A stretch of 64,000 bases of DNA. Source: a virus. Of the stretch, positions 1-7,261 are shown piece by piece (the stretch's first letter is position 1; every line of letters begins with the position of its first letter). Position numbers and translations under genes: made by a program. The stretch spans positions 1 to 64,000 of the IMG/VR virus record IMGVR_UViG_3300046492_000237. One strand, 5' to 3'. The notes under the pieces were generated by a model. That model did no database searches. It saw nothing but the letters and a program-made list of their open reading frames with translations, and was not told the DNA's origin.

Positions 1-948
1 GCGGCCGTGCAAGCGATCTACGCGGCAGCCAAGACCGGCAGCGCGGAAGCGGTCAAGGCCCTGAGCGCCGACACGTTCAACAAAAACACCGGCGAGGTCA
101 TTGGCAGCGCGCCGGTGCTCGATCACCCATCGCAGCACGTAAAGGGTTACGCACAGCAGGCGCTCAACGAGATCCATCACCAGATGAATCCGCCGAAGCG
201 CTTCCGGTTCGAGGGTGGCCACCCACTGCACTCGCTCAACAGCGCCTATCCTTCGCACAAAGGCCCGCCGCACAGTGACGCGGTCGAGAAGGTCGGCAAG
301 TTCCTCATGCTCGGCAGCCCGGGGATCGTATCGCTGGATGCGCTGGCACTGCCGAAGATCACCCACGCCAGCGGGAAACTGACCAAGGCGACGTATTCCC
401 CTGCCGCGCAGGCCGCGCTGAAGCAGATGCCGGAAACCCAGAAGCAGGCGATCAAGGCATACACCGGCAGCGCTTACAGCAACATGAACAGCTCGCTATG
501 GACCGGCAACCCGAGCGGTGCGGCAAAGTCTGCTGGCGAGGCATTGCACGCGCTCGGCCATGAGATTGCGCCCGGCACCGTGCTGTCGCGCAAGCTCAGC
601 GTGCAGGGCGCGGCGCTCGACCAGATCCTAAAATCGGCTGGCAAGGTGCTACAAGAGCCAGCTATTATGTCGACATCCATTCGCCCTTCATCGTGGTCGG
701 GCAACGTGCATCTCAAGCTGCACGTTGGCCCGGGCGTGAAAGGCCTTTGGGTAGGCCCGGGTTCAACCGGCGGTAAAGGCGCGCTGTCGCTGAACTCCGG
801 TGAGGATGAACTGATTTTGCCACCGAACACCCGACTGCTGATCATGTCGGTAAAACATGCTGGAGGCGGCGACTCTGACGGGTTCGGCACCGGCTCCAGT
901 CACATTGTCGAGGCAGTCATTCTGCCAACCCAGCAGGCGGCCTCATGA
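1..948 (+). CDS. ADP-ribosyltransferase (VIP2/C3-like R-S-E type) domain protein, 5'-truncated by the window edge
   Basis: Frame is open from base 1. The C-terminal ~180 aa contain AIKAYTGSAYSNMNSSLW, LSRK (R), MSTS (S-T-S) and GEDELILPPNTRL (ExE), the motif order of VIP2-like ARTs. Confidence 0.8.
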   Translation, partial: AAVQAIYAAAKTGSAEAVKALSADTFNKNTGEVIGSAPVLDHPSQHVKGYAQQALNEIHHQMNPPKRFRFEGGHPLHSLNSAYPSHKGPPHSDAVEKVGKFLMLGSPGIVSLDALALPKITHASGKLTKATYSPAAQAALKQMPETQKQAIKAYTGSAYSNMNSSLWTGNPSGAAKSAGEALHALGHEIAPGTVLSRKLSVQGAALDQILKSAGKVLQEPAIMSTSIRPSSWSGNVHLKLHVGPGVKGLWVGPGSTGGKGALSLNSGEDELILPPNTRLLIMSVKHAGGGDSDGFGTGSSHIVEAVILPTQQAAS

Positions 949-1445
949 GCGATCAACTGAGCTACCACAACGATGCGGCCGGGCTTGTACAGTCGGCCGA
1001 GCAAGCCTCCGGTCCACTGCCCTACCTTGGCGACCTGCACGACGTCGACCAGATCCTGCGAAAGCTGAACGAGAACGTCATCAATCGTTTTGCAGCGGTT
1101 GGCCGTGGCCAGATGTCTCAGCAGGAGGCCGCTGAAGCCGATCAGGCCGAGTGCATCCGGTTGGGCGAGGTCTTTGATGGTCAGGATCTCGGATACAACT
1201 CGATCGAGCACTGGAACGGCAACGGGCTGGCCAACTACATCCGCAATCGCATGGGCGAAACTGTGCAGCCTGCCGAGGACGATGAGCAGATCATCACGCA
1301 GGCTTTCGCCATGTTCGTTCACCAGATCTACGGCGCGATCAACGAGGCCGGCGCAAACCCGGACGAGGCAAAGCTGGCCGAGACCTTGGACGAAAACATC
1401 CGTTCGTTTACGTGGGTGCTGATCGGGATCGAGTCCAATGAGTAG
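945..1445 (+). CDS. Acidic hypothetical protein, translationally coupled to the ART (candidate immunity/partner protein)
   Basis: 166 aa, D/E-rich; ATGA overlap with the ART stop codon. Confidence 0.6.
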   Translation: MSDQLSYHNDAAGLVQSAEQASGPLPYLGDLHDVDQILRKLNENVINRFAAVGRGQMSQQEAAEADQAECIRLGEVFDGQDLGYNSIEHWNGNGLANYIRNRMGETVQPAEDDEQIITQAFAMFVHQIYGAINEAGANPDEAKLAETLDENIRSFTWVLIGIESNE

Positions 1446-2238
1446 TTCCTTCGAGGCCCAGATGGGCATGCTGTTCGGCGAGGTTCCGGCTGCCGAGGTT
1501 CTGGCCAAGTCGAATGTGCCCGGCTACACCCGCCGCGACGGCACCTATGTTCGCCCCCATCGCCGCGCTGGCGAGGCTGTGGCCACTGCGGCGGCGCATC
1601 CGCACCCACGGCCGGGCGAGAAAGGTGAAAAGGTCCTGATCAAGGATCCGCACCACGCCTCGACGCCAAGCACTTGGCATCACCCGGATGCGGTCGCGAC
1701 CTTTGTGCCTGATGGCGATGTCCCGAAGTCCATCAACGGCATCGGCCTGCGCGAATGGACCGATCACCCGCAAACCAGCGAGGGCTGGGATTATGTGGAT
1801 GGTCAGGCCGACGACCTGATCGAGCCGCCATTCCACCTGTCGCCCGGCAAGAAAGCTGCGTCCGGCGTGATCATCGAAGAACCAGACGGTCGCGTGTGGC
1901 TGATCCACCCGACCAACCAGTTCGGCGGATACGAGGCGTCGTTCCCCAAGGGCACCGCCGAACCTGACCTGTCGCTGCAGGCCAACGCCATCAAGGAAGC
2001 GTTCGAGGAGACCGGGCTCAAGGTCGAGATCACCGGGTTCCTCGGTGACTACTCCCGCACCACGTCGGTCGCGCGCATGTACACCGCCAAACGCGTAGGC
2101 GGGACGCCGGTGAATATGGGCTGGGAAACGCAGGCCGTCTCGCTGGTGCCGAAAGCGCACCTGTTCGAGCAACTGAACATGCAGTCCGACTACGGCATCG
2201 CCGAAGATATCGGCGCGACTGATGGCGGCAAGAAATAA
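1438..2238 (+). CDS. NUDIX hydrolase with an N-terminal LAKS / GYTRRDGTYVRPH leader
   Basis: Nudix-box-like FPKGTAEPDLSLQANAIKEAFEETGL, preceded by the ASGVIIEEPDGRVWL strand. Confidence 0.85.
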   Translation: MSSSFEAQMGMLFGEVPAAEVLAKSNVPGYTRRDGTYVRPHRRAGEAVATAAAHPHPRPGEKGEKVLIKDPHHASTPSTWHHPDAVATFVPDGDVPKSINGIGLREWTDHPQTSEGWDYVDGQADDLIEPPFHLSPGKKAASGVIIEEPDGRVWLIHPTNQFGGYEASFPKGTAEPDLSLQANAIKEAFEETGLKVEITGFLGDYSRTTSVARMYTAKRVGGTPVNMGWETQAVSLVPKAHLFEQLNMQSDYGIAEDIGATDGGKK

Positions 2239-2249
2239 CTGCGCAGTCA

Positions 2250-2278
2250 TTGCGGCATTGCTCAAATATGATTAAGAT
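2250..2278 (+). promoter_or_regulatory. Sigma70-like promoter TTGCGG-17-TAAGAT with the operator TTGCTCA-AATA-TGATTAA (2258-2275) in the spacer
   Basis: Read directly from sequence; the same palindrome recurs at other promoters. Confidence 0.65.
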
Positions 2279-2313
2279 GGCCCTACGTTAACCAAACACG
2301 AAGGGCCATTATC

Positions 2314-2676
2314 ATGTGGGTATGTATTTCAGATGCGTTTCTCTCGATCGTTCACAAAGACTGCGCGCCAGATGAGCTGCTGGTGCGCGCCCGCCGTCAA
2401 GGCGATATCAAAAAGCTGATCCCCTGCGCTACCGAGACAAAAACCGTCGGCAACGACTATCTGTATCGTGCCGTGGTCAAGCGCACCGTGGTCGCCGAAG
2501 CGCTGACCAAACTGGCGATGTCGACCATCGACTACGACAACTTCAAAAACACAGTCCGCGACAACAAGCTGCACTCGGCATTCAACCGCATCTGGCATGT
2601 GATGGCCGACCTGCAGGTCATTGCGCCTTACACGTATCCACGCCGCACCGGCGCTCAGCGGAGCATGCCCCTGTGA
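2314..2676 (+). CDS. Phage hypothetical protein
   Basis: 120-aa ORF immediately downstream of the promoter; GTGA overlap with the next gene. Confidence 0.75.
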   Translation: MWVCISDAFLSIVHKDCAPDELLVRARRQGDIKKLIPCATETKTVGNDYLYRAVVKRTVVAEALTKLAMSTIDYDNFKNTVRDNKLHSAFNRIWHVMADLQVIAPYTYPRRTGAQRSMPL

Positions 2677-4355
2677 ATGCAATTACCGGCACCATCCACG
2701 GTGAACTGATCGAGGACGTTTCCGAGTTCTTCGCGCCGATGGCGAGCGATCTGGTCGACAGCATGATGGGCGAGTATGGCGCAACCCGCGCCCGTCTCGA
2801 ACATATGGCTGCCGCCGTTTCGTCCGAAGCGTGCCGGGGCGTCATGCACTACTTCATTGAGGGCAACGTCCGCGAGGAGCGCTACACGCTGCCGAAGACT
2901 GTCAGTGAACTGTTTGGTCTGGAAGGTGCTATTGCGCAGCTGAATGCCGACTTCTGGAATCGCGCCCTGCGCCTGACCGACGTCATCGACTACATGCCGC
3001 AGAAGCGTCGCGACGAATGGTTCCAGCAGATCAAAAACCCGCTGGGCAGAAAGGCGAGCAAGCACACCGGCGAAACTGAGCTTCCAGCACTTCCCGAGTT
3101 CGAAGAAAACACCGTCCGCTCAACCATCGCTGGCCTGCTGAACAGCCGGTCCCAGTTCTTCGGTGAGCGCGTCGACGGGATTTTCCGCAGCCTGAGCAAG
3201 GACCATGTCACCAACATTCCTCAAGGTTTCAGCAAGCGCATGATCTTGCTGCGCGCTATCACCCATTACGACACCGTCGACAGCTCGACAGCGGGCGTGA
3301 TCAATGATTTACGTTGTGTGATCGCGAAGTTCATGGGGCGCGATGAGCCTAAGTATGATGCGACCGACGCGTTGATCAAGGCTGTTCGAAAGAACAATGG
3401 CCAGTGGATGGGCGTCGATGGCAACGCGTTGCGCATCCGCATCTATAACGGCGTCGGCACTGCGCACCTCGAAGTTCACCCGGAAATGGCATGGCGCCTG
3501 AACGCCGTGCTTGCGAGCATGCACCCGGCTGCAATTCCTGCGGAGTTTCGGACAAAGCCGAAGCGCGCCAAAAAGGTCAAAGACTTTGAGTTGTTCGAAA
3601 AACCGCTGCCGTTCGCAGTAATCAGCCTGCTGGCCGGCCTAAAAACGGTTTCTGTTCGGGTTGAGCCGGATTGGCCTGAGCGTTATCGCGAGATACCGAA
3701 TGCGGTCCAGTTCGGCTATGGCGAAAAGAACAAGGCGGCCATGGCCGAGGCAGAGAAAGTGTTGATGGCGATCGGCGGCGTGAAAGAGAAAAATCACTGG
3801 CAATTCGACTATCACCCGCGCGAAGTGCTGGATCAGATCGTCTGCTCGGGCTGCATCCCTGACCACAAGTCGCACCAGTTTTACCCGACGCCGGAAACTG
3901 TTGGCGCCCGCGCCGTGGCACTGGCCAAGATCGAGCCGGGTCATACCTGCCTTGAGCCGGAAGCCGGCATCGGTGGTCTGGCGGATCTGATGCCGCAGGG
4001 CGCAACCGTGGTGGTGGAAATCAGCGAGTTGCATTGCAAGGTGCTGGAAGCCAAGGGCTATGGCGACACGCTGGTCTGCGCTGACTTCCTCAAGTGGGCA
4101 CCAACCCAAGACGGCATCAAGTTCGACCGCATCGTCATGAACCCGCCATTCAGCGAAGGCCGCTGGTCTGCGCACGTCGAAGCGGCATCCACCCTGCTCG
4201 CCGACGACGGAATCATGACCGCGATCCTACCGGCCAGCGCCAAGGGCAAGTATGAGCTGCCGGGCTTCGATCTGGAGTGGGATAGCGTCTACAGCAACGA
4301 GTTCGCCGGGACCTCGGTATCGGTGGTGATCATGATCGCAACGAAAACACCTTGA
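2673..4355 (+). CDS. Class I SAM-dependent DNA methyltransferase (amino/N6-adenine type, DUF4942-like N-terminus)
   Basis: QFYPTP, LEPEAGIGGL (motif I) and DRIVMNPPF (motif IV). Confidence 0.85.
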   Translation: MNAITGTIHGELIEDVSEFFAPMASDLVDSMMGEYGATRARLEHMAAAVSSEACRGVMHYFIEGNVREERYTLPKTVSELFGLEGAIAQLNADFWNRALRLTDVIDYMPQKRRDEWFQQIKNPLGRKASKHTGETELPALPEFEENTVRSTIAGLLNSRSQFFGERVDGIFRSLSKDHVTNIPQGFSKRMILLRAITHYDTVDSSTAGVINDLRCVIAKFMGRDEPKYDATDALIKAVRKNNGQWMGVDGNALRIRIYNGVGTAHLEVHPEMAWRLNAVLASMHPAAIPAEFRTKPKRAKKVKDFELFEKPLPFAVISLLAGLKTVSVRVEPDWPERYREIPNAVQFGYGEKNKAAMAEAEKVLMAIGGVKEKNHWQFDYHPREVLDQIVCSGCIPDHKSHQFYPTPETVGARAVALAKIEPGHTCLEPEAGIGGLADLMPQGATVVVEISELHCKVLEAKGYGDTLVCADFLKWAPTQDGIKFDRIVMNPPFSEGRWSAHVEAASTLLADDGIMTAILPASAKGKYELPGFDLEWDSVYSNEFAGTSVSVVIMIATKTP

Positions 4356-4381
4356 TCAAATAAGATCAACGCGCATACAAT
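4352..4381 (+). promoter_or_regulatory. Promoter TTGATC-18-TACAAT overlapping the operator TTGATCA-AATA-AGATCAA (4352-4369)
   Basis: Read directly from sequence. Confidence 0.6.
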
Positions 4382-4427
4382 CATTCGACAATCAAAGGCG
4401 CCGGGATTGCCCGGCATGGGGAAGGGT

Positions 4428-4655
4428 ATGTCTACAAAAGCATCAAAACCGGTTCTCGTTGTAAAGGCAAAAATCTCGGTGAAGCACGCCAGCGGATCGT
4501 CGTCCGCTGAGTGCTCGACAGCTGTCGGCCTCGCTGATGAAGCGTTGCACTGCCTGATTCAGGAACTCGGCACAGCTGGCGCTTGGGAATTCATCAACAA
4601 GAAAATGGGAAACTATCGCGCTGACTACGCAGGCATCGCGGGGACCGTCCAATGA
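4428..4655 (+). CDS. Hypothetical protein
   Basis: ATG after GAAGGG; ATGA overlap with the next gene. Confidence 0.6.
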   Translation: MSTKASKPVLVVKAKISVKHASGSSSAECSTAVGLADEALHCLIQELGTAGAWEFINKKMGNYRADYAGIAGTVQ

Positions 4656-5386
4656 ATGGCGAAGCAAAAACGCTGGATCTGCGCGAGCTTGGCATGGTCA
4701 CCACGCTTGCCAGCGGCGTATACAAAGGCTACTGGGATAACGCTGCTCAGGTGGGCGGCGTACCTGAAGGCATCCATCAGGTGGTGATTAGCGGCGAGGA
4801 CGTTATCGCACACTGCCCTGACAACTCCCCTCGCAGCTCTATCTTGGCCGACTACTTTGCCACCATGACGCCGGAGGTTGTCATGCAGCTGATCCGGATC
4901 GCCGAAACGAACATGCGCCTGAGCGAAAACCTGCGCATATCTCAAGGCCTTGCAGCTGCAAATGTAACCTCGGTCAAAATCAACCCGGGCGACGTGCTGA
5001 TCATCCGCATCGCTGAAAGTGAAGGGCCGACGACACACGACCACTTCGAGGAGCTGGCGCGCAATCTCAGCCAGCATTTCCCGCAGGGTACTCCGGTGCT
5101 GCTGACCAACGATATCGACATCAGCGCGCTGGATGAAGATGCGATGCGTCAGGCTGGGTGGGTGAAAGCTGGGAACCGTGACGATGAGTTGCGCAAGAAA
5201 ATACTCGAATGGTGGGATGAACACCAGTACGACACCATGTCCTACGGCGATGGTGATGAGCGCAACGTGTACGATAACGAGCCGGATTTTGTGATCTTGG
5301 CACGCGAAACCACGCCAAATACACAACCTGCTTTAGATCCTCGAACGCCAGATCAAATGATTGCAGACGGCTGGAAGCCTGTTTAA
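4652..5386 (+). CDS. Hypothetical protein
   Basis: 244-aa ORF in a coupled operon. Confidence 0.7.
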   Translation: MNGEAKTLDLRELGMVTTLASGVYKGYWDNAAQVGGVPEGIHQVVISGEDVIAHCPDNSPRSSILADYFATMTPEVVMQLIRIAETNMRLSENLRISQGLAAANVTSVKINPGDVLIIRIAESEGPTTHDHFEELARNLSQHFPQGTPVLLTNDIDISALDEDAMRQAGWVKAGNRDDELRKKILEWWDEHQYDTMSYGDGDERNVYDNEPDFVILARETTPNTQPALDPRTPDQMIADGWKPV

Positions 5387-5488
5387 CCCTGATCCTCAAT
5401 CAGGTATAGCCAAAGTAAAATCAAACACTTATCAACAATTCAGCAATTCAGGGCGCAGATAGGGCGCCCAGACAATTAGGAGCACCAC

Positions 5489-5833
5489 ATGTCAGAGCAG
5501 GAACAGAACCAAGAGCAGATCGCAAAACCGGGCGTGCAAATGATCTCGGTAACGCATGAAGCGTCGATGGCGATCGGCGATGATGGCCGTGCGGTGATCG
5601 TGAAGCGTCTGGCCGACGGTGGCTATCACTTCGAGTGGATCAAGCCTGACCCCGGCAATGGCGCCGCCAATATCGGAACGCGCATTTCACTGAGCCAAGA
5701 AGCGCTGGAGGCCACGCTCGAATGCCTGTTCGGTATCGACAATGCCATTCAGAAGCGAAATGCCGAGGTCCAGCTCGCCAGCGCTGTGCAGTCCAAAGCT
5801 GACGACGCACCAGAACAGGAAGTCCAAGTATGA
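5489..5833 (+). CDS. Hypothetical protein
   Basis: Strong AGGAG RBS; coupled to the next gene. Confidence 0.75.
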   Translation: MSEQEQNQEQIAKPGVQMISVTHEASMAIGDDGRAVIVKRLADGGYHFEWIKPDPGNGAANIGTRISLSQEALEATLECLFGIDNAIQKRNAEVQLASAVQSKADDAPEQEVQV

Positions 5834-6351
5834 ACATAATTCTCAAGGGTCACACCCTCAACCAGCGCCAGCTGGATGCCATTACACCGGTCATGAACAT
5901 GCTCTTGCAGGGCAAGGTTAAGCAGAAAGCATTCGATGCGAAGTGCGTTGAAGCGCTTGAAGCGGCAGGCTGCCCTCCGGGCTACGACACCACGATGCCC
6001 GGCGCCGATAAGTCGATCACCGAGCGCGCGCAGGCGTGGATCGTGAATGGTCGCGTCGGTATGTCGTCGCGGTCGATTTATTGCCACATGATGGGCGTCG
6101 AGAATAAGCGAGGCTGGGATTATCCGTCAGACCCGGACGACTTGAATCGCTGCCTGTTGCTGCTCGACCTGATCCCCGAGTGGCAGCCACGAATGCATGA
6201 AATGGCAGCCCACGGCAAAGAGTGGAAGGGGCTTTCTGAAAATTGGGACAAGATCGCATTCACATTCATCGACGAGGTCGGCCTGAACTGGTCGCATGGT
6301 GACAAAGCCGGGCGCACTTACGCCATGATGAAAGAGGCTATGGGTGAGTGA
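5830..6351 (+). CDS. Phage hypothetical protein (P-x-D-x-x-D-x-x-RC motif)
   Basis: 173 aa; C-terminal half is paralogous to the next ORF. Confidence 0.75.
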   Translation: MNIILKGHTLNQRQLDAITPVMNMLLQGKVKQKAFDAKCVEALEAAGCPPGYDTTMPGADKSITERAQAWIVNGRVGMSSRSIYCHMMGVENKRGWDYPSDPDDLNRCLLLLDLIPEWQPRMHEMAAHGKEWKGLSENWDKIAFTFIDEVGLNWSHGDKAGRTYAMMKEAMGE

Positions 6352-6764
6352 TGAATAATTCGTATGTTTTGACCCCCGGGCTCACGCTGGAAATCGCGCG
6401 TTGGCTTGCTACAGGGAAAGGTGTCGGCATTTCAGCTCGTACCATTGCCGCTGTCGCTCTTGGGCTTGATGACGGCGACTGGGATTGCCCGCACGACGAT
6501 AGCGATTTTGGCCGATGCTATGCGCTGTTGGCAAAAATTCCGGAGCTTCGCGGGGCATTGAACATGGTGGCGCGGAAGTGTCCGCAGTTCGCCCCGTTAG
6601 TTATTGTCTGGGATGAGCTATCCAAACTTTACGAACAGGACCGGCTTGATAGTGGGCGTCGTTGCTACGACAAAATCAAGCAGTTTTCGGACTCCTGTCG
6701 TATCGCTGGTGGCTGGACAAAAATAGGCTGTGGAAACTGGGTGAAACTGGGGGGTGCCGAATGA
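6348..6764 (+). CDS. Phage hypothetical protein, paralogue of 5830-6351
   Basis: Shares GxSxRxI...WDxPxDxxDxxRCxxLLxxIPE with the upstream ORF. Confidence 0.75.
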   Translation: MMNNSYVLTPGLTLEIARWLATGKGVGISARTIAAVALGLDDGDWDCPHDDSDFGRCYALLAKIPELRGALNMVARKCPQFAPLVIVWDELSKLYEQDRLDSGRRCYDKIKQFSDSCRIAGGWTKIGCGNWVKLGGAE

Positions 6765-6991
6765 CTCTGAGCACCGAGGAGCACCACATCCTGCGCCTCA
6801 GTGCGCAGAAAGGGCGCCTCTACTACTTCCAAGGAAACTTTTTCCATCCGATGGATCTGGTCGGCGACTCGATCGGCAAGGTCAAGCGCGGGATTCGAGA
6901 ATTCATGCGCGACAACCAGCAGCTGGTGGACGCCGATCGGTCGAGTCCTGACTATCGGACACTGGTTCAACTTGGCGAGGCTACATCATGA
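6761..6991 (+). CDS. Hypothetical protein
   Basis: ATGA overlaps on both sides (MTLSTEEHH...). Confidence 0.65.
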   Translation: MTLSTEEHHILRLSAQKGRLYYFQGNFFHPMDLVGDSIGKVKRGIREFMRDNQQLVDADRSSPDYRTLVQLGEATS

Positions 6992-7215
6992 AACGCCGAA
7001 TCGTCTGGAGCTGCCGGCCAATGCCATACGGCTTCCATATACTGGCCACGGCGCCGGTGTCCGGTAAGCCGCTGGATATCAACGTCGCGCTCGATGGGCA
7101 GCTTTGGAAGGAAGCCAAGAGCCCAGTTGCTCTCATGGCTGATCTGACAAAGCAAGTAGAGAAGACGTTCGACGCCATCGACAGCTACATCCCTTCCGGC
7201 ACTACCCGCCACTAA
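6988..7215 (+). CDS. Hypothetical protein
   Basis: ATGA-coupled 75-aa ORF. Confidence 0.65.
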   Translation: MKRRIVWSCRPMPYGFHILATAPVSGKPLDINVALDGQLWKEAKSPVALMADLTKQVEKTFDAIDSYIPSGTTRH

Positions 7216-7238
7216 ACCATCTGGGCCGGGATGGCGTC

Positions 7239-7261
7239 GTCGTGACGCCATCCTTTCCCGA
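7239..7261 (+). promoter_or_regulatory. Putative late promoter GTCGTGAC-gccAtccT-N6; +1 is the terminase ATG (leaderless)
   Basis: One of 12 copies of the motif; no Shine-Dalgarno upstream of ATG 7261. Confidence 0.75.

Noticed and set aside
2673-4355. Restriction-modification system
   Set aside because: No cognate endonuclease is adjacent; an orphan phage methyltransferase is the simpler reading.
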